Positions 47,447 through 56,802 of a stretch of 64,000 nt of DNA are shown here, piece by piece. The notes under the pieces were generated by a model. That model was not told the DNA's origin. It ran no database searches and was given only the letters and a program-made list of their open reading frames with translations. How positions within the stretch are numbered: the first letter of the stretch is position 1; each line of letters starts with the position of its first letter. The position numbers and the translations under genes were made by a program. This DNA comes from a virus. Lineage: Duplodnaviria; Caudoviricetes. The DNA lies in the IMG/VR virus record IMGVR_UViG_3300017909_002389, positions 1,238 to 65,237 of that record; one strand, given 5' to 3'.

Positions 47447-47671
47447 ATGAATAAGGATAAAGTTAAAATAGAAAATGAAGAAATGGGTATATATCTAAAA
47501 GTAATAAATTTAGATTATCCTCATACTAATATTGCTGAAAAAGCAAAGTTAATTAGTGATACATTCGGAGTAGAATGTACTGAAGAAGAAATAAATATTT
47601 ATCATAATCTTCAAGAAATAGATTATGAACCAGATTGGGAATGGTTAAGTGATATAAAAAATGGAAGATAA
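47447..47671 (+). CDS. hypothetical protein
   Basis: 74 aa ORF. Confidence 0.6.
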   Translation: MNKDKVKIENEEMGIYLKVINLDYPHTNIAEKAKLISDTFGVECTEEEINIYHNLQEIDYEPDWEWLSDIKNGR

Positions 47672-47909
47672 TATGACAATAGAAGAATTAAAATTAGCAA
47701 ATGCAATAGATACTTTAATAAAAGAAGCAGAGAGTGAAAGAGAAGGTTATGATAATGAGGAGGCTAATTATGAAAGATGCGATAAATGCTATCAATCAAA
47801 TTATGATGAAAGATATAATACAGGAGAAAGTATTATTGATGCAAAAGTAAAAGCCTATAAAGAAATATTAAAAATATTACATAAAAAAGATGGCGAGATA
47901 TGTATATAA
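47661..47909 (+). CDS. hypothetical protein
   Basis: 82 aa ORF overlapping its neighbours. Confidence 0.6.
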   Translation: MEDNMTIEELKLANAIDTLIKEAESEREGYDNEEANYERCDKCYQSNYDERYNTGESIIDAKVKAYKEILKILHKKDGEICI

Positions 47910-48105
47910 ATGTTCAGAATGCGAAGAGATAGAAATCTTCGATGAACATCCTAAAGCTCTTGCAGAATGTATAGAGTGTAATGGAGAATTAAGATTACTA
48001 TCTGCAGATAGTGGTTATCAATGGGAGTGCTCCGAATGTGGAGCTCCCGTTGATAAGATGAATGAAGTATGTAGTAATAACTGTTTTAAAGCAATGATGA
48101 GATGA
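47890..48105 (+). CDS. multi-CxxC zinc-ribbon protein
   Basis: CSEC, CIEC, CSEC, CSNNC. Confidence 0.7.
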   Translation: MARYVYKCSECEEIEIFDEHPKALAECIECNGELRLLSADSGYQWECSECGAPVDKMNEVCSNNCFKAMMR

Positions 48106-48542
48106 TAAAACTAAATGATGTTATAGCAGATTTAAAAGCTCTAAATATAAAATCTAGAAGAAGAGATCTTGTAGATAAAAGATCATATTTAATAGGTTTG
48201 TTATATTATAGATTTAAACTTACTGAACATAATATAGCAGCTCTTACTGGTGTTAACAGAAATACTGTGCAACATAATAAGAACCATGCTATTAATTGGT
48301 TAAGTAATTTAGAATATGCTGAAAATGTAAAAGAACTTGTAGAAAAATATCCTTATACTTTTCCTAAAAGAGATGAGAAAAAGAAAAAAGAATATAATTT
48401 CTTAAATACACAAGTAAGATTTAGTGAATCTCAACATGTATTATTAAGAAAAACCCAAGGAGAACTAAAACATACTGATGTCACTGTGACAATCAGATAT
48501 TTAATAAGAAAAGCATTAAAAGATAAGATATGGGAAAAATGA
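48102..48542 (+). CDS. DnaA C-terminal-like HTH fused to a ribbon-helix-helix-like domain
   Basis: SRRRDLVDKR...LTEHNIAALTGVNRNTVQH; C-terminal TQVRFSESQHVLL...TIRYLIRKAL. Confidence 0.5.
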   Translation: MIKLNDVIADLKALNIKSRRRDLVDKRSYLIGLLYYRFKLTEHNIAALTGVNRNTVQHNKNHAINWLSNLEYAENVKELVEKYPYTFPKRDEKKKKEYNFLNTQVRFSESQHVLLRKTQGELKHTDVTVTIRYLIRKALKDKIWEK

Positions 48543-48772
48543 AAGATTTGCATATAGATATATGCAACGCAAATAATGGAGAAATACCTAAAGATTTAAC
48601 TTTAGATGATGCTGTATTAATGCGTAAATGGAATATATATAACTGGGAAGATTTTCAAGAAAAATGTAAAGAATATTCTTGTAAGGGAGATTTTGCTATG
48701 CAACAATACTTTGAAAAGTTTGATATATATGAAGATTTAAGATCTTCAAAAGATGAATTAGATAAATTTTAA
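48530..48772 (+). CDS. hypothetical protein
   Basis: 80 aa ORF. Confidence 0.6.
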   Translation: MGKMKDLHIDICNANNGEIPKDLTLDDAVLMRKWNIYNWEDFQEKCKEYSCKGDFAMQQYFEKFDIYEDLRSSKDELDKF

Positions 48773-48784
48773 ACCAAAATAAAG

Positions 48785-48892
48785 ATGAGTAAGATAATAT
48801 TAGTAACTATAATTCTATGGGAAGTGTTTAAGTATTTCATAGTAAAGTTATGGTATAAAATATTAAACCAAAACAAAGATGAGAATAATTAA
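48785..48892 (+). CDS. small membrane protein (35 aa)
   Basis: Starts at leader copy 1; hydrophobic; not in the ORF track. Confidence 0.55.
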   Translation: MSKIILVTIILWEVFKYFIVKLWYKILNQNKDENN

Positions 48893-49115
48893 TGTTATTG
48901 TAAGCACAAAACAAAACCCAGTTGTTTCTATAGACAGCTTTGGGATTTTTGAAGAGCAACTTTCTGATGAAGTTGTTAAACAGGCTGAAAAGTTATTTAT
49001 CCAAAAAGCTGTAAGTGAGCTTGAAGTTGATGAAGAAAAAGCAAAAGATAGTTTAGAAAATGGATATATTGATAACGGACTTGTAACAATATCAATTGTA
49101 TGGTCAGATATTTAA
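48879..49115 (+). CDS. hypothetical protein
   Basis: Starts at leader copy 2. Confidence 0.65.
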   Translation: MRIINVIVSTKQNPVVSIDSFGIFEEQLSDEVVKQAEKLFIQKAVSELEVDEEKAKDSLENGYIDNGLVTISIVWSDI

Positions 49116-49127
49116 ACCAAAACAAAG

Positions 49128-49244
49128 ATGAGTAAAAAGAAACTAAGAGAATGGGAAATACCTATGAATCTTTCTAATGAAGAAAAAAAAGAATATAATA
49201 TGACGGCGAAAGATAAATTAAATAATACAGCTAAACCAAAATAA
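49128..49244 (+). CDS. small hypothetical protein (38 aa)
   Basis: Starts at leader copy 3; not in the ORF track. Confidence 0.5.
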   Translation: MSKKKLREWEIPMNLSNEEKKEYNMTAKDKLNNTAKPK

Positions 49245-49246
49245 AG

Positions 49247-49441
49247 ATGGATAAAGCTTATGAAAATTCTTACAAGTTATTGATGGGAGAAACAACGTAT
49301 GATGAATTAGGTAAAGATGGGCCGTTCTTGTTACCAAAGAACCATGAAGACCCTTTAGTTACATTGGGGTACTTCATTGATATAGAAGATTATGAAAAAT
49401 GTAGCAAAATTAGAAATAAAATAAAAGAAAATGGGATATGA
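49247..49441 (+). CDS. hypothetical protein
   Basis: Starts at leader copy 4. Confidence 0.6.
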   Translation: MDKAYENSYKLLMGETTYDELGKDGPFLLPKNHEDPLVTLGYFIDIEDYEKCSKIRNKIKENGI

Positions 49442-49991
49442 TGTATATGGTTTAGAACCAAAAGAAAATGTAAAGAAACCTGAAATCTTAGATAAAGAAT
49501 GGACACTATTATCAAAAGAAGAAAAGGATTTATATTTTGAAGAACGGGAAGAATATGAAAAGCGTAATCCAGGTGTTTATTTTAGAAATAATATATGGTT
49601 TTGGAGACCTTTATGGAATTACGTATGTGATATATGTGAAGAAGTAATGAGTATAGATGATGTAAAAGCAGGATACTCTAATAGTGGATATAAAATATCT
49701 AAAGATGTTGTGGATAAAATGTTAGGTAAATTACTTATAGAATTAGCTTCTCATAATCATATATCATATGAAAAGAAATATATGGCTGATTTAGATAATT
49801 TACCTTTAGAAGAATGTAATTTATGTGAAGGAACAGGTAAACGAAATGATGAATATGTTCAAGGAGAATGTAACGGTTGTAAAGGAGTGGGTAAAAGAAA
49901 ATCATGGGAAACTAGTTATCCTTTTGATCATAAAAATGTAGAAGAGTTTGTATCATTTCTTTCTGAATCAGGAGGAATTAAAATATGTTAG
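49431..49991 (+). CDS. phage protein with a DnaJ-type zinc finger
   Basis: CNLCEGTG and CNGCKGVG (two CxxCxGxG). Confidence 0.7.
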   Translation: MGYDVYGLEPKENVKKPEILDKEWTLLSKEEKDLYFEEREEYEKRNPGVYFRNNIWFWRPLWNYVCDICEEVMSIDDVKAGYSNSGYKISKDVVDKMLGKLLIELASHNHISYEKKYMADLDNLPLEECNLCEGTGKRNDEYVQGECNGCKGVGKRKSWETSYPFDHKNVEEFVSFLSESGGIKIC

Positions 49992-50256
49992 TATGAGTAA
50001 GAAACGAGAAATAAAACCTAGACTATTTGAAGTTAGTGCAGGATCTGCACACTGGGAAAACTGGTATGTAATAGCATACACAGCTAATGATGCTTTGCAA
50101 ATTGTATTAGATCAGCATAAGCATTACAAAGACTATGCAGCTCACATTAAACATGTCAAATGTTTGAATGTAACTAATGAATGGGAAAGTGAAATAGTAA
50201 TTGCACCTGAATGTTTACAAACAGGTGGTTTAAAAAATATAGTAAAAGATGAGTAG
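49948..50256 (+). CDS. hypothetical protein (real start probably internal, MSKKRE)
   Basis: ORF track. Confidence 0.55.
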   Translation: MYHFFLNQEELKYVSMSKKREIKPRLFEVSAGSAHWENWYVIAYTANDALQIVLDQHKHYKDYAAHIKHVKCLNVTNEWESEIVIAPECLQTGGLKNIVKDE

Positions 50257-50572
50257 ATCAGATGAACATATAAAAGAGCTGTTAAAAGCAACTAGAGAAC
50301 ATGGTGGAATGCATGGTATAGTTAAAAAGAATCAGATATTAGTTGACTATAGTGGAGAAGAGTTAGATGATATGGAAGATATTCCAGGTTGGGCATATTT
50401 AATGTCAATTGCTGAAAAGTTATATGATGAATATGAAACGGAAATAGAAAAAGGTACATATGACTGGACTATATTTGATTATGGTCCTAATAGATATATG
50501 GCATGGTATGAATTAGCAGATTTTATTGAAGATATGAAAGAAAACGCAGAAATAGAGGAAGCTTATGAGTAG
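50249..50572 (+). CDS. hypothetical protein
   Basis: 107 aa ORF. Confidence 0.6.
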   Translation: MSRSDEHIKELLKATREHGGMHGIVKKNQILVDYSGEELDDMEDIPGWAYLMSIAEKLYDEYETEIEKGTYDWTIFDYGPNRYMAWYELADFIEDMKENAEIEEAYE

Positions 50573-50708
50573 AAAGATTAAACATGGTTTGTATGTGGAT
50601 TGGAATAAAGCTTCATTCCGTGGAATATTTGCATGGACTTTATATGGCTTTATAATATTAGATGCTTTGGATAATATAGTTAAACTAATTATAAAATTTA
50701 TTTTATGA
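50565..50708 (+). CDS. small membrane protein (47 aa)
   Basis: MSRKIKHG...FAWTLYGFIILDAL; overlaps both neighbours; not in the ORF track. Confidence 0.5.
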   Translation: MSRKIKHGLYVDWNKASFRGIFAWTLYGFIILDALDNIVKLIIKFIL

Positions 50709-50908
50709 ATGAAAATTTAAATAAACACAGACAAGTAAAAGGTGTAGATAGTAACGAACACGATTGGGATCGTATAAAAGAAACTATAATGGAGAATAAG
50801 TTTACTCTCTGTCATTTAGGAGAATCAGTATTAGAATTACATGAGAAATATCCTAATGATACAGATTTTGGTAAACAAGTTAGACAATTAATACTTTTAA
50901 AAAAATGA
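50705..50908 (+). CDS. hypothetical protein
   Basis: 67 aa ORF. Confidence 0.6.
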   Translation: MNENLNKHRQVKGVDSNEHDWDRIKETIMENKFTLCHLGESVLELHEKYPNDTDFGKQVRQLILLKK

Positions 50909-51150
50909 GTAGACACGTAATAGAAAAAAGCGATCAAGTTATAGCATATGGCTTTGATCATGCAGAAGGGTATTTCTTTCGATTAATGGATGTAGACCCG
51001 AAAACAAATGAAGTAAAAAAATATGTTATTGATGAATCCAGTTTATTAACTAAAATGAGTAATGGAAAGATGCTTGAGTTTATGACTAAGTATAACTTGC
51101 CCCAATCTCATATACAAGCTGTAGCAATGGATTTACCAATTGAACAATAA
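50905..51150 (+). CDS. hypothetical protein
   Basis: 81 aa ORF. Confidence 0.6.
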   Translation: MSRHVIEKSDQVIAYGFDHAEGYFFRLMDVDPKTNEVKKYVIDESSLLTKMSNGKMLEFMTKYNLPQSHIQAVAMDLPIEQ

Positions 51151-51161
51151 ACCTTAAAATT

Positions 51162-51344
51162 ATGGCAACATTATTAATAATATCCTGGCTATATATAGGA
51201 ATATATGGCTATATTTACTGGATAAGTAAGCGTAATAGACACTACTATAAAAGATGGAGAACAAGAGAAGTAAATGCTATCCCAATGATGGCAATATTTG
51301 GGCCTCTATGCTTTGCAGTAGGCTATATTTTATATAATGAATAG
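51162..51344 (+). CDS. small two-TM membrane protein
   Basis: Two hydrophobic segments. Confidence 0.6.
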   Translation: MATLLIISWLYIGIYGYIYWISKRNRHYYKRWRTREVNAIPMMAIFGPLCFAVGYILYNE

Positions 51345-51381
51345 ACAATTTATTGTCTGATTTAAGTTAACCTTATAATTT

Positions 51382-53391
51382 ATGATATATTTAGTAAGCA
51401 ATCAGCAGAGTATGTTTAACTCTGCTGGTTATTCTATGTCTTCTATAGAAGAATCATTAGAATATTTAGAAAAATTAGACATAATCGGTTTTGACACCGA
51501 GACTATGGGTATGGATCCTTATACCTGTGAGCTGTTATCTATGCAGCTTGGCGATAATGACAAGCAATATGTTATTGATTGTACTACTATTGATCCTAAA
51601 GAATATAAAGATATTCTTGAAAAGAAAGAACTAATAATGCATAATGCTAAGTTTGACTTAAGATTTTTGTATTATCACGGAATAGTTCCAAAGAAAGTAT
51701 ATGATAGTTTTCTTGTAGAAAGAATATTATTTACTGGTATAGATACAGTGAGAAAATCTCTTGATGCAGTTACTTATAAATATTGTAAAATAGAACTTGA
51801 TAAAACTGTACGAGGTCATATACACAAAGAAGGACTAAGCTCTAGGGTAATAAAGTATGCAGCTGACGATGTGAAATATCTCCACGAGATAAGACGCAAG
51901 CAAATAGTAGCACTAGAAGAAAAAGGGCTCAAGCGAACCGCAAGCCTAGACAACGAATTTGTAAAAGTACTAGCCTATATAGAATTCTGTGGCTTTTATA
52001 TGAATCCTGAAGATTGGCAAAATAAGTGTAATCAAGATTATAGCGATCTTATGGAGATAACAAGAAAGCTTAATTTATTTATACTAGAAAATCCTGAGAC
52101 ATATAGTGGCTTTATAGATTCACAGCTTGATTTATTTCAAGATGGTGTTAAATCTAATATAAATTGGTCTTCGTCTCAACAAGTTATACCTTTTATGCAA
52201 TCTCTTGGTGTAGATACTAAGATTAAAGATAAAAAGTCAGGCTTGATGAAAGATTCTGTAGATAAAAAAGTTCTTGTAAAGCAAAAAGATAAACATCCTA
52301 TTATTAGTACTTATTTAGAATATACCGAGAAGCAAAAGGTTGTAAGTACGTATGGTGAAAATTGGTTTAATTATATAAATCCTGTAACAGGAAGAATACA
52401 TTCTAATTTTACACAAATAATGAATACGGGTCGACTGTCTTCTGGTCAAAAAGCTAAGAAGAAATACAATCTTCCGCAGATGCCTAACATGCAAAATATA
52501 CCTTCTGATACAAGAACAAGAAGTTGTTTTCAATCAGAGAAAGGTAATACATTAATAGTTAGTGACTATAGCGGTCAAGAGCAAATAGTATTAGCTAATA
52601 AGTCTAAAGACAAAGACTTGTTAAACTTCTATGCTCAAGGCTTAGGTGATATGCATTCATTTGTAGCATCTAAGATATTTCCTGAGCTAGCTGATTTAGC
52701 TCTTAATGATATTAAAAGTGATCATAAAGAGAAAAGACAGATAGCAAAAGGTGCAGGCTTTGCAATTAACTATGGCGGTACAGGTATAACTATATCTCAA
52801 AATCTTAACATCTCTATGACTAGAGGCGAAGAAGTATATAAAGCATATTTTAAAGCTTTTCCTGGTCTTGCTAATTATTTTAAGCAAGAGAAGACTAAAG
52901 CATTAAAATCAGGTTATATACAATTTAATGAGGTAAGTGGTCGTAAGTGCTATATACCGTTCTTTGAAGACTTTCAAAGATTAACTGCTGAGATAGAAGA
53001 AGATCCAGAGTTCTGGTCGGATTATAGAGACCATAAAGCAAGAAACACTGAGAAATTCAAAGAATATTATAAACCAAAAGTACGTCAATATTTTATTAAG
53101 AAAGGTGATATAGAAAGAATGTCACTTAATTATCCTATTCAAGGTTCATCTGCAGACATCACTAAACTAGCAGGTATATATTTCTTTAGATATTTAGAAG
53201 AAAATGATCTAGTATTTAAAGTTAAAATGCCTAATGTAGTTCACGACGAGTGGGTCGTAGAATGCAGTGAAAATATCAAGAATGAGATAAGTAAAGTACT
53301 TCAAGTATGTATGGAAAAAGCAGGTGATGTTTTCTGTAAAACAGTAAAACTAAAAGCTGAACCTGAAATAACAAAATATTGGCAACATTAA
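51382..53391 (+). CDS. polA: DNA polymerase, family A, with 3'-5' exonuclease
   Basis: Exo motifs FDTET, HNAKFD, YAADD; motif A SDYSGQE, motif B RQIAKGAGFAINYG (Phe at the 762-equivalent position), motif C VHDE. Confidence 0.95.
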   Translation: MIYLVSNQQSMFNSAGYSMSSIEESLEYLEKLDIIGFDTETMGMDPYTCELLSMQLGDNDKQYVIDCTTIDPKEYKDILEKKELIMHNAKFDLRFLYYHGIVPKKVYDSFLVERILFTGIDTVRKSLDAVTYKYCKIELDKTVRGHIHKEGLSSRVIKYAADDVKYLHEIRRKQIVALEEKGLKRTASLDNEFVKVLAYIEFCGFYMNPEDWQNKCNQDYSDLMEITRKLNLFILENPETYSGFIDSQLDLFQDGVKSNINWSSSQQVIPFMQSLGVDTKIKDKKSGLMKDSVDKKVLVKQKDKHPIISTYLEYTEKQKVVSTYGENWFNYINPVTGRIHSNFTQIMNTGRLSSGQKAKKKYNLPQMPNMQNIPSDTRTRSCFQSEKGNTLIVSDYSGQEQIVLANKSKDKDLLNFYAQGLGDMHSFVASKIFPELADLALNDIKSDHKEKRQIAKGAGFAINYGGTGITISQNLNISMTRGEEVYKAYFKAFPGLANYFKQEKTKALKSGYIQFNEVSGRKCYIPFFEDFQRLTAEIEEDPEFWSDYRDHKARNTEKFKEYYKPKVRQYFIKKGDIERMSLNYPIQGSSADITKLAGIYFFRYLEENDLVFKVKMPNVVHDEWVVECSENIKNEISKVLQVCMEKAGDVFCKTVKLKAEPEITKYWQH

Positions 53392-53401
53392 AAATAATTA
53401 A

Positions 53402-54652
53402 ATGACAAGAACAGAAAGACAAATAGAAGTTCTAAAAAAATGGCGAGCGAATAACTTTAGAGGTATATTCCAAGCTGCTACAGGCTTCGGTAAAACCTAT
53501 ACTGCTATTATGGCTATTAAAGGTATGGTAGATAGAGCGGGTATAGAATCCTGTCTAGTTGTTGTGCCTACTATTACATTAAAAGCACAATGGGAAGCAG
53601 AATTAGCTAAGAATAAAGTAAAGTTTGCTGATGTGTTAGTAATTAATACTGCTATAAAGCAACCTCGTAACTATGACATGTTAGTATTAGACGAATGTCA
53701 TAGATATGCTGCTGATAGTTTCAAAAGAATATTTGAAGTAGCAGATTGTGAGTATGTATTAGGTTTAACAGCAACTTTAGAACGTGAAGACGGACTTCAT
53801 GATATTATTCTAGACTATCTAGAAGTAATTGATGAGGTTACTGTAGATGATTGCTTAGAAGCAGGATGGATAGCACCGTATACTGTATATAATGTAGCTG
53901 TACCTTTGCCTAAAATAGAGCAAGAAGCATATGATAAAGCTAATAATACTTTTAAGCATTTTGCTGCAGTTTTAGGATTTGGTGGAGATGCATTTAGAAA
54001 AGCACAACAACATCTTAAAACTGGTACTAGTGAACAAAAAGGTAAAGCAGCTGCGTATTATGCATCTATGAGAAAGCGTAAAACTATATGTTTAAATAAT
54101 ACCAATAAAGCGCAAGCTACTCATGATATTATTCAAGCTGTAGGTAAACGTAACGGCCTTATATTTAGTGGCACTGTAGAATTTGCAGAATTGTTGCAAG
54201 AAAAACTTGGTGATATATGTATGAGTTTTCACAGCAAGATAACCAAGAAACAACAGAAAGACATAGTAGCAAGGTTTAAAGACAAACGCACCAAGGTGCG
54301 ATATATCAGCAGTGTACAAGCACTAAACGAGGGCTTCAACGTTCCTGATTGTTCGCTAGCAATTATAGCTGGTTCTAATTCTACTAAACGTACTTTTATA
54401 CAGCAATTAGGTAGAGTTGTCCGTATGCAACCTGATAAAGAAGCAATCATTGTAAACCTTTATTCTCCTGGGACTCAAGAGGAAGTTTGGATGAAAAAAA
54501 GGTTAGGTGATATAGATAAAAATAAGGTAATTATTTGTAACTTAGAAGACTTTTTAAATCAGTTAAATTATGGAAATATCGATGAATCTGGAGCTGCTCC
54601 AGCGGTCATCCCTGACTCCGAATCAGCTAGTTCTACTACAACTTCTGTATAA
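53402..54652 (+). CDS. superfamily 2 helicase
   Basis: ATGFGKT, DECH, TAT, QQLGRVVR. Confidence 0.9.
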   Translation: MTRTERQIEVLKKWRANNFRGIFQAATGFGKTYTAIMAIKGMVDRAGIESCLVVVPTITLKAQWEAELAKNKVKFADVLVINTAIKQPRNYDMLVLDECHRYAADSFKRIFEVADCEYVLGLTATLEREDGLHDIILDYLEVIDEVTVDDCLEAGWIAPYTVYNVAVPLPKIEQEAYDKANNTFKHFAAVLGFGGDAFRKAQQHLKTGTSEQKGKAAAYYASMRKRKTICLNNTNKAQATHDIIQAVGKRNGLIFSGTVEFAELLQEKLGDICMSFHSKITKKQQKDIVARFKDKRTKVRYISSVQALNEGFNVPDCSLAIIAGSNSTKRTFIQQLGRVVRMQPDKEAIIVNLYSPGTQEEVWMKKRLGDIDKNKVIICNLEDFLNQLNYGNIDESGAAPAVIPDSESASSTTTSV

Positions 54653-55130
54653 TAAAGACTATACTAATATTGAGAAAATTTTCGGTAAAGATCAAGCAAT
54701 TGATATAAGAGAATCCTTAAAAGATACTCCATATATATTATCCCAAGGGGGTTTATTTATGGATACGATTATTTCTACAGACAAGATTGAAAAATTGTTT
54801 GGAATACGTGGAGATCAAATTAACTTTTGGGAATTTTATCAATGTTATCCTGTAAGAGTAGGAACCAGAGTGTTACGTGCCTCTGGTTCCATTGCTCAAG
54901 TTGCTAAAAAACATGAAAAGAAATATCTTGCTAGAGTCAAGAGAACTGCTCAACATGAATTAGCAATTAAAGCAACTGAAGCTTTTATAGCTCAACAAAA
55001 ACGAGCTAATAAACTTCAATACTTACCTAACATGGAAACTGTTCTTAACAATTCTATGTGGGAACAATGGGAAGTCTTTATACAACCTGAAGGAGTGGAA
55101 GAACAAGATTGGAATTCGGATCAAATTTAA
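54570..55130 (+). CDS. putative replication initiator / replisome organizer
   Basis: FWEFYQCYP...YLPNMETVLNNSMWE resembles the C-terminal domain of phage replisome organizers; directly upstream of DnaB. Confidence 0.5.
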   Translation: MEISMNLELLQRSSLTPNQLVLLQLLYNKDYTNIEKIFGKDQAIDIRESLKDTPYILSQGGLFMDTIISTDKIEKLFGIRGDQINFWEFYQCYPVRVGTRVLRASGSIAQVAKKHEKKYLARVKRTAQHELAIKATEAFIAQQKRANKLQYLPNMETVLNNSMWEQWEVFIQPEGVEEQDWNSDQI

Positions 55131-55137
55131 ATATTAT

Positions 55138-56211
55138 ATGACAGCAAAAATTAAGTATTGGGATAAACTAAAAGAATCAATAGAACGTGGTAAGAGAGGA
55201 TTAAATACAGGTATACCTTTTCAAGGGTTTACAACCTTAAGTAATCATATAAAAAATATACAGCCAGGTAGATACGATTTAGTTTTCGCAGGTACAAGTG
55301 TCGGTAAAACGTCATTTGTAAATTCAACTTATGTTTATGGCGCTATAGATTTTTTGCAATCAAATCCTGGGTACATCCATGACATAGAGATTATATATTA
55401 TTCTCTAGAAATACCTCCGCCTCATCAAATAGCAAAACATATTGCTAATCTTATGTGGCGTGAGCACGGAGTATTGACTAATCTAAATGAAATATTAAGT
55501 TTAGGTGGAGAAACATTACGTCCTGAAGTAGCAGAGCTAATACCACAATACGAAGATAGAATGAGACAAATACAAGATAAATATTTGCACTATCGTAGTA
55601 CACTTAGTCCAGAGTTTTTATATAAAGATCTTATGGATTATGCAGAAAAACGTGGTAAAGTTATTAGAGATAACAATAAGCTTATTGTAGGCTATGAACC
55701 TAATAATCCTGGTTTAATTACTCTTGTAGTAATAGATCATATAGGTTTGATAAATTACAATAATTATAACTCTCTAAAAGAAGCTATCGATAAAGCATCT
55801 AGAACTCTAGTGTTTTTTAGAAATATGTTCAACTTTAGTCCTGTAGTTATATCACAGATTAATCGTTCATCAGAAGCTATGGACCGTAGAGAAAGAGATA
55901 ATTGGATGCCTATGTTAAGTGACATCAAAAACACTGGTAATGTCTCAGAGGATGCTAATACTGTAATAGGTTTAGCAAGTCCGTTTTATTATGGTGTAGA
56001 TAAGTGTCTCGGATTTGACATAACAAAATACAAAAATCGTTATAGACTAGCTAAGATTTGTAAAAACCGTGACGGTGATGTAAATCTACTAGCAAGCTTC
56101 CTATTTGTAGGCGAGATAGGTGCTTATTATCAATTACCAAAAGCTAACGAAGTTTATGGTAAGCCTGAAGAACTTAAGAAAGTTCATGATTATTATTCTA
56201 AATTAAATTAA
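55138..56211 (+). CDS. dnaB: DnaB-like replicative helicase
   Basis: AGTSVGKT, VIDHIGL, SQINR, DIKNTGNVSEDA, KNRDG. Confidence 0.88.
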   Translation: MTAKIKYWDKLKESIERGKRGLNTGIPFQGFTTLSNHIKNIQPGRYDLVFAGTSVGKTSFVNSTYVYGAIDFLQSNPGYIHDIEIIYYSLEIPPPHQIAKHIANLMWREHGVLTNLNEILSLGGETLRPEVAELIPQYEDRMRQIQDKYLHYRSTLSPEFLYKDLMDYAEKRGKVIRDNNKLIVGYEPNNPGLITLVVIDHIGLINYNNYNSLKEAIDKASRTLVFFRNMFNFSPVVISQINRSSEAMDRRERDNWMPMLSDIKNTGNVSEDANTVIGLASPFYYGVDKCLGFDITKYKNRYRLAKICKNRDGDVNLLASFLFVGEIGAYYQLPKANEVYGKPEELKKVHDYYSKLN

Positions 56212-56217
56212 TCAATT

Positions 56218-56673
56218 ATGCCAATTGTAAAAAAAGAAAAAGGAAGCATTAGTAAAGCTTTCGAAGAAGGTAAAATACCTCTATTAGTTAACAATATTAA
56301 TTGTACAAAAGATCCAGCTGAAGGAGAAAAACCTGAGTTATCTAAAAAGTTATATGAAAAATTTGAAGTTATAGAGCAAGTGCATAAAGCATTTCCTTTA
56401 CCAGCTTTATATAAATTAGGAGATTATTCTGTTGCTAGCATAGCACAGTCTGCTAGTGTATTAAACTTTTATACATCTTTAAAAGATAATGAATTTGAGT
56501 ATTCTGCTTTAAAATCTTGTCTTAGAAAATTATCTATGGAAGGTATAAGTAATGGACATTATATTGAAGTAGCTTTTTCTAAAAAGAATATAGGAGATGC
56601 TGAATGGAAAACAGTAGAACAAATTTTACATTTTCAAGAACAGTTATTAGTAACTGTGTATGATAAAGACTAA
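56218..56673 (+). CDS. divergent macrodomain-like protein
   Basis: N-C, KLG.YS, LNFYT, FEYSALKSCLRKL and W..VE.I align by eye to phage macrodomains; Gly-rich loops absent. Confidence 0.55.
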   Translation: MPIVKKEKGSISKAFEEGKIPLLVNNINCTKDPAEGEKPELSKKLYEKFEVIEQVHKAFPLPALYKLGDYSVASIAQSASVLNFYTSLKDNEFEYSALKSCLRKLSMEGISNGHYIEVAFSKKNIGDAEWKTVEQILHFQEQLLVTVYDKD

Positions 56674-56737
56674 TTATTAACCCTTTAAAAATAGAAAAAT
56701 ATATGAAATAAATTAAGCAATTTAAACCTCCAATCCC

Positions 56738-56768
56738 TTGTAAATACAGGGAAAAATGACTATATTTA
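56738..56768 (+). promoter_or_regulatory. Bacteroidota-type promoter TTG-N20-TATATTTA
   Basis: -33 TTG plus a near-consensus -7 box upstream of the recombination operon. Confidence 0.5.
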
Positions 56769-56802
56769 CATAGTAGTAATTAATCAAAAAACAATTTAAT
56801 TT

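Larger units (their letters stand above)
48770..49249 (+). repeat. four copies of the TAAACCAAAAYAAAGATG start-codon leader
   Basis: Copies at 48770, 48864, 49113 and 49232, each ending in an ATG. Confidence 0.85.

Noticed and set aside
48770-49249. CRISPR array
   Set aside because: Repeats are only 18 bp, irregularly spaced (about 95-250 bp), and separate open reading frames rather than spacers.
36765-53391. Inteins, introns or homing endonucleases in the terminase or polymerase
   Set aside because: Lengths are ordinary, motifs are contiguous, and no LAGLIDADG, HNH or intein termini were seen.
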